Shown here: in pieces, positions 51,201 through 64,000 of the stretch
Layout of the letters: every line of letters starts with the position of its first letter
How positions within the stretch are numbered: the stretch's first letter is position 1
NCBI GenBank assembly: GCA_040954595.2
Contig: CM082591.2
Span: 7,368,047-7,432,046 of the forward strand
Length of the DNA stretch: 64,000 nucleotides
Direction of reading: 5' to 3'
From: Balanoglossus misakiensis
Taxonomy: Eukaryota > Animalia > Hemichordata
Notes under the pieces: model-generated
What the model saw: only the letters and a program-made list of their open reading frames with translations
What the model was told of the DNA's origin: nothing
The model's database searches: none
Made by a program: the position numbers and the translations under genes

Positions 51201-54200
51201 TTAGGCTTCATAAATATTCAAAGATTCAAACATACTGGCATAAAAGGTGTTTACATATATCCAAATTTTCCTTGATGATACACATTTGACTTGGCGTTGC
51301 ACTTACACAATACTCTGACTTTTTTTACCACATGAACAACGTAGGAAGGTTTTTGTTGTGGGAATAAAAATTGATATCTCATTATATTTTGTTAACTTCT
51401 AATGATGAGCTGTGGTATGAAAGAAACAATTATCAGCCAACCTTCTACCTTACATTGCACAGTTCACCATTTGTTTTTTTCTGCATCACCAGTTTGATTT
51501 GATGCTTGAAAGATTGATGTGCCAAGACTAAAAACCTGATTTTGTTTGTACGGTATTTTGCAGGTGGGATATTATCCAAGTTGTTGTTCCTTGAGATTGA
51601 TCCGACACGAGAAATCCAGAAGTCAGCTGACAAATATGCACCTCTGATACTCAACAGTGAGCAGTGTAAAAGACAGAAAGGAAGACAGTGTGACATCATA
51701 CAACTTACAGTGAAAATGACCGAGAAAGTTCAGCATATCCTATCTCACAGACCTCAAGTCTTACAGTTACTGGGTGTTAGGAGGTATCTTATGACTGACA
51801 CAGAAAGCATGGATTTCAGTGACTCAGGTAAAATACAGGGATTTTCTAACTGACAAATATGATGCAAATAACACATTCGCTTTACAAGAAATTAGTATGT
51901 TTGCTGCACTTTGTAACAAAAAGTAAATGGGAAATACACAGCTATGAACTGTGCAAAATGAATGAAACTTAATTTGCCACTAGATTTGCAATTATATCAT
52001 TTTCTATGTGTGATAATTATGGAACTAAATGATCTTTGTGTAACAGCTAGTCAGCACATTTTTACGACAGATGCAATGTATTCTATGGATCAATGTCTGG
52101 TATGGGAAAATGTGTGCTCAAGATTAATAGATTAAATGATATGCATTCATGTATATCACAGTACTTGTCCAAGGTTACTTAATATAAATTATATTATATC
52201 ATGCTACCGTCCGCGATTCTGATTGGACGAGAGTGATGGTAAAATAATGTTTTACCACTGCTGGCGGTTGTAAAACGGGCCCCTGAACCAGCCTGCAGCA
52301 GGGAAAATGTGCGGTTAAACCACAGTCATGTGGGTTTAAACCAAATAAATAACACAAAAACACTTGAATTTAAGGACGTTTTATTTTGGAACTGCTCTGC
52401 TCTGAATATTTTGCACTTTTGTCACTTATTGTCGTCTGGTTCATGTTTAATGCTCGATCCCGGCCGCTCGTGTTTACATTCATCGTCACAATGTTGGTTC
52501 ACAATCGTAATTTCTCTTTCTGACGCTGTTTCGTTAAGAAAATGACACTGATATGCCACAAAATCAATTGTTGATATAATATGAAAGCAATAACCCCCCA
52601 GCGGGGTTATTGCTTAATCACAGATTTATTTACTTTTTCCATTTCAGAGTTGGAAGATGAAATCACACTACATGGCAGACCAATTCATCCCATACAAGCT
52701 GAATCTATCAGCTTACAAGCAAAAAGCTTACTGCCCTTTGAAGCTAGTGCAAAGCAGCTAAAAGAACTTAAACAACTGTTGGATGGGGCCTTGATAGAGA
52801 AGTCTAAAGTTCAGACTGAGTCAGTTGAAAATAAGAGAAAGCTAGTTCGAGAAATCACTAAACTGCAGACTGAGTCAGTTGAGAATAAGAGAAAGCTAGT
52901 TAGTGAAATCACTAAACTGCAGGCAGAGAAAATGATTATAGAGAATCAGTTGAAAGAAGCACTTCAGGAAAAGTCACTTTTAGAAGAGCAGTACAAACAG
53001 AAACTTGCAAGTGTTGAGAAAGTAGCCACAACACAACTTATGGATGTCATTTCCATGAAGCAAAGATTGAAAGAATCTGACCCTAGAAACATCCAAGAGT
53101 TGGAATCTAAACTTGAACAACAAGAACAAAACATAACTGAGTTAAAGTCAAAATTATCCAAAATTCAGGATGAGCAATCTGACACTGAGCTGCAACTGAA
53201 AACTGCTAAAACTCTTCAACTGGAAGAAGATGCAAAATTGGAAACTGAACAAGGTGAGATTAATATAAATCTGCATCAAGAAACCTGTGGTCAAATAAAA
53301 TCTCCCAGCTCATATAGATTATAAAAAATGCAAGTTTTCATTGTTGTAAGGATTAACCAACTTAACATTTAATTTCAAATATTTTTAGGCAAAGTCACAC
53401 CATCTGATGTGCCTCTCAAGAAAGATGACATGGGAGATGTACCGGTATCACCTGTAACCATGGCTACAAAAGATGAAGATGAGCCTGTGAAACCAGCAGC
53501 TGTGCAACCTGAGATGGCATCAGAAGAAACAGGAGCAGAGAAAGCCAGACATCCACAACCAGAGACAATGGGAACAGAAGACATTGAGGCTGTGGCCAAG
53601 ATGACGGAAGGAGATGGAACTGAGAAAACCAAAGAGAAAGAACTTAAGACAAAAGAAAAAGGTACACAAAACCTGTCAATGAGAAGCTTAGAAAGTTGGA
53701 ACTATATTTACATTCAATCTGATGTTGAAAAGAGCAGTATTCTTGACAGAGAAAAAAAAAGTCAATGAGATAAGTTAGTTAATATTCAATGTTTGCCAAA
53801 TGTGTATAGAATTAATTTACAACACTATATTTTCATTGTTTGATCACTTTCTTTTGCAGAAGAAAAGCCATCCAAAGGTTTCATCAGCAAGATAAGGAGA
53901 TTTTTTGGTGGAAGTAAAGAAACTGCTGGTGATTCAGGGACTACAGGAAGTAAAGAGATATCTGAGGATACAAAGGGAGCCAGTGTTTCAACAGAATCTT
54001 CTAAAACAGGTATGTGCATTTCATCTCAGTGTTGGAAAATAACAGTTGATACTAAGGGACCAGTGGCAGTTGATTCGAAACTTCAAGTAAATATTGAACC
54101 ATCTCTGGTTGGCTGAAAAAAGAAACAAAACCTATATCACAACAACATTACTGATAGTACATATAGTTAGAAAATTTTCTTTATATTGCAAAGCAATAGA

Positions 54201-56768
54201 AATAGTTAAGTTTCAGAAATTGATGTTTGTCTGGTTGCCCTGGTTTCTTGGCACTGAAAAGCTACAAGTATAAGGTAGGCAATGATTCGTGAAGCATTGT
54301 TCAAGATTTTTATGTAAGACCTACTAATTCAAAAATTACAAGGCAAAGATTATTCCTGTACTGATCTGTTAAGATGTGTTACCATGACAACAATACCTGT
54401 CACTAAATCCATTGAGCAGTTGAATAGCTTTTCATTGCTTACAAAGACTCTAAATAAAGTGACAATTTCAGGTAATTTTTCTGTTACTCGTTATAAAAAA
54501 TAGAATTAGTAACTGATATTGACATTTTGTCCAGTTTCCATGGTTACTTGGTATTGGAAAATGTGTACATATAGAGTACTTTGGTAGAAATATATCATGG
54601 CAATAACTCGCTAAATTTGTAAAAAAATTGTTTAAAGTTAAATTAAAACACTAACTTTAGCACATTGCCAATGTTTTACAAAATACATTCAGTTGTCATG
54701 GTTACCAGTGAATAATGCTACCATCATACATTTTTTCCTGAAAATAATGGACCAAAGAATTATCCCTGAAACTCAGTTCAAGAAATGTTATGAAATGTCT
54801 ACCGAGTCAAAAGTTACAAATAAAAGATTATTTTTGAACTGATTTCTTCAAATGTGTTTCCATGGCAAAATCAATGTTAGTATATCTATTGAATGGTTAA
54901 ATAAAAAGTCTTTCATTTATTTTATAATAAGCTGTCAAAAAAGAGACAAAGTAACTTTCCTCCTAGCTAATTGCACAGAAAAAGAAATAGTTCAAGAAAC
55001 TGATGGTAACTCTGGTTGCCATGGTTATTTGTGTTTGTAAACATGGTGTAGAGAAATTGGCCTTTAGTAGTTCAGTTGCCACAGCAATGACTCGTTTCTT
55101 TTTTAATATGTTTTCTCTTGTTAAAATGAACCATAAAACAACAAGTGACCTGTCGGTCAAAAGAGCTCTGCTGACTTTAACAGTGTAACCTGGGCAATGA
55201 TATGAATACCCTAGGTTTTAATCATAACAATTGTATTCTATTGAACAAAACCAAACATAGACATCACAAGTATTTATCCAAATTCAGCTTGATTCATTGT
55301 GCTAAAGAAAGAAAGAATTGAATCCTAAAGAACAACATCAAAAGGAAGCACCAAGGCTCTAATTTGCATATTCATGACCCCATCATATCCAAATTAACAA
55401 AATCAGGTAGGGGCACCATAACACACATTCCTACCAAATTTCAGCTCTATCGTACATGTAGTTATGGAGAAGAAGATTTTTGACCAAAAATTCTATTTTT
55501 AGATCTAATTTGCATATTCATGACCCCATCAGATCCAAATGAACAAAATCAGGTAGGGGCACCATAACACACATTCACACCAAATTTCAGCTCCATTGTA
55601 CATTTAGTTGTGGAGAAGAAGATGTTTACCAAAACTTTTATTTTTAGATCTAATTTGCATATTCATGATCCCATCAAATCAAAATTAACAAAATCAGGTA
55701 AGGGCACCATAACACACATTCCAAGCAAATTTCAGCTAAATATATCAAGTTGTTTTAAAGAAGAAGATTTATATACCAAAAGTTGACGGACGACAGACGC
55801 CGGATGGACGACGGACAGACACTTATCAACCTACTGCTACAGCTCGGCTGACACAAGTGACAGCAGAGCTAATAACTCTAGCATCGTATTCCTAATGCAT
55901 TTCAGTAGGGTACAGCATGTTTGACCTTTGACCTCTGTTTCACCTAACAGGTCACTGGTCAGTGAGGACACTGGATGGCCAAAGTCCAAAGCCAGGGCGA
56001 AAGTTTAAAGACCCGTGTGGTATGATGTTCCATGGTGACCAACTGGTGGTGTGTGACCAAGGCAACAGGGTTGTACAAATACTGAATCAAGATTACACCT
56101 GTGACAAAGTCTTGGGAAGTTTTGATGGTCAGTCTGCAAAGCCATTGCAGCCACGGACTGTAGCTGTCTCCCATGACAACATCTATTTCATAAGTGATGG
56201 TGGAAATTCTCAAATTGTTGTTTGTGATCAAAACAATAAAATTCTTAGAATAATTACTCTACCTGCAGGCGCCAATATCTGGGGCATCGCTCTACTGAAT
56301 GGATTTGTTTTGGTCACCGAGATCGAAGGTCATCGGCTACTCAAGTACACCCAAGATGGTCAGTATGTTGCAGAGGTTGGTGGTTATGGTGATGGCCAAA
56401 CACAATTCCGTTACCCACTCTGTGTGGTGGTCAACAGTAAGAATGTCATCATGGTGTCTGACTGGGGCAATCACTGCATCAAATGTTTTGATGCTGAATT
56501 GAAATTCTTGTATCAATTTGGTGTGAAAGGTGAAGGTCCTGGTCAGCTGTGGTATCCAGACAGCATTGACGTCGATGTCGACGATAATTTGTTTGTGTGT
56601 GATGCGGGGAATTCTAGGATTGTGAAATGGAGATTTGATGGAGAGTGGATCTGTCACTTATTTGAAGGTGAGGTGAGAGACCCCTGGTTCCTTGCAGTCA
56701 GCGGTGACAGAATTGCTGTTAGAGAGACTAGCAGAGACCAAATCAAAGTATTCTACAAGCAGACATAA
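47037..56768 (+). CDS. ~1752-aa multidomain protein: 3x GT-B N-half repeat, degenerate GT4, TRADD-N-like domain, coiled coil, NHL propeller; exons 47037-49563, 50026-50490, 50735-50811, 51075-51153, 51564-51827, 52648-53253, 53389-53661, 53860-54009, 55951-56768
   Basis: All introns GT-AG with matching phases; 5259 nt without internal stop. NHL repeats (FKDPCGM, FRYPLCVVV, LWYPDSIDVD, DWGNHCI). Exon 1 C-part aligns by eye to the 22634 GT4. Confidence 0.85.
52812..52919 (+). repeat. 54-bp in-frame tandem duplication in the coiled coil
   Basis: QTESVENKRKLV(R/S)EITKL occurs twice. Confidence 0.9.
55140..55873 (+). mobile_element. Helentron-associated (HINE-like) element in intron 8
   Basis: AACAAG start, three ~146-bp central repeats (55359, 55505, 55650), (GACG)n tract, terminal hairpin AGCTCGGCTG...CAGCAGAGCT. 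Confidence 0.6.
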
Positions 56769-56769
56769 A

Positions 56770-57570
56770 CATCACCATGAAATGCATGTCCACACGACAT
56801 CAAAAAAAGTGAAATTTGGGAGAAAATTTAGCGGCAGCGTCGATAAATTTACGACCGCAACCATGGCAACAAAATTCAAACTGAACCAATGTCACTTTCA
56901 CAATTTTGGGAGTTATTTTCCACATTTTGAAGTAAAATTCCGAACAGAAATTAATTGTACGTGCAGTCGCTACATGTACTGAGTGTATAACATCACCATG
57001 AAATGCATGTCCACACGACATCAAAAACAGTGAAATTTGGGAGAAAATTTAGCGGCAGCGTCGATAAATTTACGACCGCAACCATGGCAACAAAATTCAA
57101 ACTGAACCAATGTCACTTTCACAATTTTGGGAGTTATTTTCCAGATTTTGAAGTAAAATTCCGAACAGAAATTAATTGTACGTGCAGTCGCTACATGTAC
57201 TGAGTGTAGGCAAAATAAACTGAGGGTGTTTTGAGAAATTTTTGCAGTTTATTTTGAGGGATTTTGAGACAAGACTGTTTGAAACTGAATGCATTTCGTC
57301 AACTTGGCATGTAAACAATGTAAAATCGTTTTTTCCACATTTACAAAGACCATTTTGGAAAAATAATATTTCAGCATACAGTCGCTTCATATAACGAGTA
57401 TAAATAATCCAAATCTGAGTTGTTTTGGAGAATTTGTACTCGTTTTTTTCATGAATTTTGACATGGAGCTGTCTGAAAGTTTTTATGTGCAGTCCAATTT
57501 CCATCAGATCTCCGTTGCATCCGAAAGGATGAAGGCGTTTCATCCATTTATGTGTGCAAAATAATTCTAA
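56770..57570 (+). repeat. dispersed repeat directly after the stop codon, with a 221-bp tandem duplication
   Basis: 56770-56990 is repeated from 56991; the remainder matches 8724-9222. Confidence 0.8.
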
Positions 57571-57674
57571 AAACTTACCTGTAAATCGCCAGAGATATAT
57601 ATTGTATTGTAATTTGTACATATTTCCATTCGATAGTCCAAAATTGTTGTTATTTCAAATGTATATAAATAGTC

Positions 57675-60600
57675 CAGGAGCTAGGTGCCGTTAATCAGAA
57701 TTTTTAATAAGGAAGGTTTGAGAAGTCCATTCTATGTAAAAAATGGTGCTGATTCCAAAAATGTCAGTCTTATTGACCCCACTCCAGACAAAATTGCCAT
57801 TTTGGCCAATTTTAACCCCAAAATGGTCTTTTTTAGAAAACACTAAAAACACACTGTTTTCGTCACATTCTGAGATCTGATGACATATGATATGCTTATT
57901 CTATGTAAAATGTGGTGAATATTACGAAAAAAGTAGTTCGATTGACCCAAAACAACAGAAAATTGCCTTTTTGACCATTTTTTGCCCAAAAAACGTCATT
58001 TTTAGAAAAAATTTAAAACACACGGTTTTCTTCATAATGATTGATCTGGTGATATATGGAAAGTCAATTCTATGTTAAAAGTGGTGACTTTAAAAAATAA
58101 AGCAGTCTTTTTGACCTCAATCAATACAAAAATGCCATTTTTGGCCACTTTTTGAGGTCAAAAAAGGTCATTTTTACAAAAAATCGAAAAATAAATTGTG
58201 TTTTTCATATTCAGAGATCATTGGATATATGAAATGTCCATTCTATGTAAAAAACGGTTCTGATTCCAGAAATAGCAGTCTTATTGACCCTACTCAAGAA
58301 AAATTGCCATTTCTGCCACTTTTTGCCCAAAAACGTCATTTTTAGAAAACACTCAAAATTTATATATTTTCTTCACTTTTGGAGATCTGATAATGTATTA
58401 TATGCCCATCCTATGTAAAATTTGGTGATTATTCCAAAAAAGCAGATTTATTGACCCAACCTAATGCAAAAATGCCCTTTTGAAAGTTTTTGCCCAAAAT
58501 GGCCGTTTTTAGAAAAAAAATTAAAAACAAACTTTTCTTCATAAAGCTCAGAGATCATGTGATATATGAAATGTTCATCCTATGTAAAAGATGGTGCTGA
58601 TTCCAGAAATAGCAGTCTTATTGATCCTACTCAAGAATAAATGCCATTTTTGCCACTTTTTGCCCAAAAAACGTCATTTTCAGAAAACACTCAGAATTTA
58701 TATATTTTCTTCACTTTCGGAGATCTGATAATGTATTATATGCCCACTTTATGTGAAAAAATTCCAAAAAAGCAGTTTTATTGATGCCACTCAAGATAAA
58801 AGTGCCTTTTGGCAAGTTTTTGCCCAAAAAGTGTCATTTCCAAAAACGGCAGTCTGGTTGGCCCCACTCTAGTCAAAATTGCCTTTTTGGCTATTTGTAG
58901 CCAAAAATAGATCTACTCAAGAAAAATTTATCCTTTTAGCCATTTTGTACCAAAAAAATGTTTGTATTTGGAGTTTTTGCAAAATTAGCCCAAGTTGAAC
59001 TCATAATGATGATGAAACAGCGTCGAGAGGAAAAGAAGTTACGAATTGAACAAAACTCGCGTCGATGAATGTAAACACGCCACCCTGGACCAAGCTCTAA
59101 ACATGATACAGATGACAAAAGAAAGGCATTGCACATTGCCCAAATATTCCCATACAGCAGTTCCAAATTAAAACGTCATGGATTTTATGTTTATTTGGTT
59201 TAAGCCCACATTTTCCCTGCTGCGTGCTAGTTCAGGGGCCAGTTTTAGCAGTGCTCTAATGAGTATTCTAGCATCGTTCAATTGGGTTGCACTCCTGTCC
59301 AATCATTATGACGGAGGTATCATGATATAAATTATAATATAATTTCTGATTTTGTATTCAGATTGAAGAGAATAAATTTCAACAATCTCTCCCGAGCTGG
59401 CATATCTGAACCTAAATATTTCACACCACGCATAATCGACTTACAGTAGACAGTGCGTATACATGGATCATCTTATTGTTGAGTTCAATTTTGGGCTAAA
59501 TGTGCCAAATTGTGGCAACCCTCTCTTTCAATATCATCAATTTAATTGATATTATATGGTTATGGCGTTTTAAATATGCATATACAACATCAGAACACGA
59601 AACTTAAGGCAAAAACATCAATTATATTTGTTTTCTGAAAATGCCTATTGTTGACAAAAGATGGCTAAATGGCAATTTTGTATTGAGAGGGGTGTCTCAA
59701 TAAGACCGTTGTGCTGGTATCAGCATATTTTTTGCACACACAAAAAAACAAAAACAAAACGAATTTACATACATCACAAGGGCTCTGAATATGAAGGAAT
59801 AAGTTTGTATTTATTTTTTCTAACAGTTACCTTTTTGAGCAAAGAGGCCAAAATGATATTTTTTTCCCTCAGTGGGGTCAGTAAGAGTGGGTTTTTTAGT
59901 ACTTTTATTTATCATTCGATCACCAATGGGAAGAAAATGGCATATTTTTCGTATTTTCTAGAAATGACACTTTTTGGGCAAAAACTTGCCAAAAAGGCAC
60001 TTTTATCTTGAGTGGCATCAATAAAACTGCTTTTTTTGGAAATTTTTCACATATAGTGGGCATATAATACATTATCAGATCTCCGAAAGTGAAGAAAATA
60101 TATAAATTTTGAGTGTTTTCTAAAAATGACGTTTTTGGGCAAAAAGTGGCAAAAATGGCATTTTTCTTGAGTAGGGTCAATAAGACTGCTATGTCTGGAA
60201 TCAGCACCATTTTTTACATAGAATGGACATTTCATATATCCAATGATCTCTGAATATGAAAAACAATTTATTTTTAGTTTTTTTGTAAAAATAACCTTTT
60301 ATGACCTCAAAAAGTGGCCAAAAATGGCATTTTTGTATTGATTGAGGTCAAAAAGACTGCTTTATTTTTTAAAGTCACCACTTTTAACATAGAATTGACT
60401 TTCCATATATCACCAGATCAATCATTATGAAGAAAACCGTGTGTTTTAAATTTTTTCTAAAAATGACGTTTTTTGGGCAAAAAATGGTCAAAAAGGCAAT
60501 TTCTGTTGTTTTGGGTCAATTGAACTACTTTTTTCGTAATATTCAATATTCAATTTTACATAGAATAAGCATATCATATGTCATCAGATCTCAGAATGTG

Positions 60601-60793
60601 ACAAAAACAGTGTGTTTTTAGTGTTTTCTAAAAAAAGACCATTTTTGGGCTAAAAATGGCCAAAATGGCAATTTTGTCTTGAGTGGGGTCAATAAGACTG
60701 ACTTTTTTGGAATCAGCACCATTTTTTACATAGAATGGACTTCTCAAACCTTCCTTACCAAAAATTCTGATTAACGGCACCTATCTCCTAGGG
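57675..60793. mobile_element. 3.1-kb foldback element with long inverted arms made of ~170-bp repeats
   Basis: TAGGTGCCGTTAATCAGAATTTTT at 57682, inverse ending at 60783; arms ~57675-58840 and ~59950-60793; no ORF. Confidence 0.85.
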
Positions 60794-61384
60794 TAAAACA
60801 CAAGGGATGTGAACAGAGAAGTTTTACCGCCATGATTTGCATATCCACTTTCAAATTCAAATTTTGTGTGCAGGTAGCCTACCTTCTGTCCATCATTTTA
60901 CCCTATTGAAATCATGACGTCATACATAAAGTTTTTTTGCTACAATTGTTTTTCTGAAAAACTACTTAAAACTTTAAAAATCTTCTTCTCCAGAACCAGC
61001 TGTTACTGAGTCACGGGATTTGGGATATGTGGTCACCTAACCTATGTCTATCAATTTTGCGAAGCGCACTGTGATTGGTCGATCATTATGGCGGCCATGT
61101 TGGATTTACGGAAAACCATTGAAAAGTGAAAATTCCGTTTTGTAGCCAAAATGTTGACAGCAGGGAAATTCTTTTTTTGGATATGAGGTTAAGGAATAAA
61201 CAACAGACAATAATAGTAGGTAGATAGTGTAGATTTATTGATATACAAACACTAGTATGAAAAATGGACAACTTTACACTGTTACACACAAGAAAATTGT
61301 CATTTCATACAATTTGGGGGAATATTTCATTGTATTGGCCCTTTTGAATATATATTAAGATGACATTTTATTGAGTCTCTTTAT

Positions 61385-61808
61385 TTAGTGATTATTTTTT
61401 TATTTTTTTATTTTTTTATTTTTTTTTAGTGATTAGTGGTCTTTATTCGGTATTTCTAGGCCATCGGCCCAACATACTTCATATTTTAGTCAAACAAGTA
61501 CAGAAAAAATGACAGGAAAATAATATTTACAAACACTCAAAATAAGTCCATATCATGTATTTCCTTTCTCACTTTCATAGCATGGAAAGTGAAAGCTGCT
61601 AGACGTTGTAGTGTATCTGGATCCTCAGTTGTCATTAAACAAATAAACTTTCTTTCCTTTGGTGGATTAAAATAATAATGGGGAATATACTTCATCCTCA
61701 TGTTTTCAAAAAAATTACAGAATAAAACAAAATGACATTCGTTTTCAACTTCATTTTTGTTACACATCAAACATACTCTTTCATTTACATCATTTTTCAG
61801 TTTTCTTA
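61385..61808 (-). mobile_element. non-LTR retrotransposon 3' fragment (RTEX/Tx1-like zinc-knuckle end)
   Basis: CNKNEVENECHFVLFC motif and A-rich tail; absent from the paralogous segment at ~33940. Confidence 0.7.
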
Positions 61809-62701
61809 TATATGTAATACAAAATATAATGTCTTATATAGAAGTCTTATGATACTCTAGCATTGCTTTCTTTGTTTGTTTGGTTTTAGTTGATATTTTT
61901 GTAACTAAAATGTACATAGTCAGTAAACAATCAGTAAGTTGTCTATCGTGTTATTTTGTGTTTTTATTGTAAATAATCACATTCTGTTTGTGTTTACTTT
62001 ATTTTTTTAATTTGTTTAAACTTTAAATGTAGTTGAATGTTTAGCTGAGAAAGTGCATCTGTATATGGCACCTTGACTTCATCAATAGCCATAATTTAGT
62101 GGCTAACAGTTGTGTTACTACTTAAGTCATTTTATTGAATGCAAGAATTTATGATGGAATTGGACGTAATCCCATGATTGACAGCCAGGTCGGCACATTT
62201 TCATGATTGACAATATATATAGTAGTACCTATTTTTGATAGTTATGTAGGTCTCTTACACTAGTAAATGAGTCAGTTTGCAACATATATCTACATGTAAT
62301 AAATGGGAATGTGATAAATTTAACACCTGTGTTTTGATTTCAATTAATTGAAGGTAATTATTACCCCCCCCCCCCCCCTCAGGTGACAGACTTCAATCCT
62401 TTCATGGCAAAGTACAATTAATCAAAACCTTTATTGTTTACATTTATGAAAGAGACCAGGCACCTATGATTTGCTGGAATATGTGAATATTTCAGGTACT
62501 ACTTGATTCATTGCAAAAAATAAACCATTAATAATCTACTTGTTGGCATTATTCATACCTGTTGTTGTCAATTTGGAAATTAACTACATTTACTTTGTTT
62601 GCAGTGACACAGTCAAAGTTGACCTTATTTGACCTTCCCCTAGTTACATAGGCTGTCAACAATTTCTCAAAGTGAAACTGAAAAACAATTTCTACTTTAA
62701 G

Positions 62702-64000
62702 TTGAGCAGACGGCAACAAAATTCCAATCACTAAAGAAATATCAAGAACTTTAGTATAAGGTACTAATAACTCTTGAGTTTATGAAGCTGTAGGGCATTT
62801 TTTTCAAAGGTTTTTAGATTTGAATAGCTGACATGTTGTCAATGGAGACTGGCAATTGAACTTTGACAGTGTCTTGATCTCGACTGTGTTGGGCCACTGT
62901 AAGTAAACTCTTTGTTTTGCACCCTCATGCACATCATTTTGGGTTTCTTTTGTTTTTTATGGGGTGAGATCCCCGCCAAAACTAAAATAATTCGATTAAT
63001 GCTTTTTGCTATTTAGTATTATTGACTATTTTTATCATTATTTGCTAAACATTTATATTTGCATAGATAGGTGCTGATTATTAGCAATTATGTGCTCAAT
63101 TAGAAGCAGGTAAACGATTTAGCGCTGAATTTTTCAAAGCTTTATAATTAGGTGACGAATTATTAGTAGGTAAAATATTTAATGCTGAATTATTAGCAAC
63201 TTTATGATTAGGTCCCGAATCTTTAGTAGGTGAAAAATTTGGTGCTCAGTTATTAGCAGCTTTATAATTAGGTGCCGAATTATTAGTAGGTGAACGATTT
63301 GGTGGTGAATTATTAGCAGCTTTATAATTAGGTGCCGAATTTTTAGTAGGTGAAAAATTTGGTGCTGAATTATTAGCAGCTTTATGATTAGGTGCCGAAT
63401 TATTAGTAGGTAAAATATTTGATGCTGAATTATTTTAGCAGCGTTATTATTAGGTGCCGCATTATTAGTATTAATTGAGCACATAGTTGCTAATAATCAG
63501 CACCTATCTATGCAAATATAAAATGTTTAGCAAATAATGATAAAAATAGTCAATAAAACTAAATAGCAAAAAGCATTAATCGAATTATTTTAGTTTTGGC
63601 GGGGATCTCACCCCATAGTTTTTTGAAGATTTTTGACAAAGACATGTTTTTCCGACCAGAAAACTCAGTTACAAATTATACATAATTTGATCAAATCACC
63701 TGCAAGGTTGAGGTGTATGTGTTATGAACAATGAAGTTGAAAAGTACTACTTTGATTCTTAAATGAATACTTCTCTGACAAGGATCTAAAATATATAAAT
63801 TCCATGTACTGTATTAAATTTCCTGTGTTTGTTTTTCGATCACTTATTCATAAACCTTTCAAAACTTTGAGTGGACGCAAAACAAAGAATTCACTTTCTT
63901 TGGCCTTATTTTACAGATCACATGACAAGCATTGTGTTAGCTCTAAGGTACTCAAGGCCACTCACTGGAACTTTTCTGCAGTTTTTTTTTCTCCTGGTGA
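62702..64000 (+). repeat. segmental duplicate of 4492-5130
   Basis: Colinear similarity up to the window end. Confidence 0.85.
62958..63617. mobile_element. IS3EU-type MITE with ~145-bp TIRs and internal 30/60-bp tandem repeats
   Basis: TATGGGGTGAG ... CTCACCCCATA; 6-bp TSD GTTTTT confirmed against the empty site at ~4746. Confidence 0.8.

Noticed and set aside
63179-63484. 101-aa repetitive ORF (IIQHQIFHLL...)
   Set aside because: Translation of the MITE's internal 30/60-bp tandem repeat.

Overview
AT-rich, intron-containing animal DNA. The transposon content suggests a marine invertebrate, possibly a deuterostome (inference). The window is a TE-dense, tandemly duplicated locus with four host-gene components. 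(1) A 9-exon plus-strand gene at 47037-56768 (~1752 aa, all splice phases compatible) encodes three tandem copies of a GT-B N-terminal half-domain, a catalytically degenerate family-4 glycosyltransferase (GT4), a TRADD-N-like domain, a coiled coil and a C-terminal NHL beta-propeller. (2) A related, apparently catalytically intact GT4 forms a terminal exon (22633-23869). It can be joined in frame to an internally deleted copy of gene 1 at 13786-14269. (3) A minus-strand carotenoid oxygenase (BCO/RPE65 family) has a LINE inserted into one exon. (4) Two orphan LDH-type terminal exons lie on the minus strand. TEs include an intact Gypsy element with identical LTRs nested in a Harbinger-type element, a decayed Gypsy with nested MITEs, a 2647-bp tandem duplication, an IS3EU-type transposase fragment plus a matching MITE, many Kolobok/piggyBac-type MITEs and foldback elements. 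The best candidate for an undescribed system is the pairing of an active GT4 with a pseudo-GT4/TRADD-N/NHL protein, which resembles an innate-immune effector/sensor cluster. All domain calls come from motif reading by eye, with no database searches.
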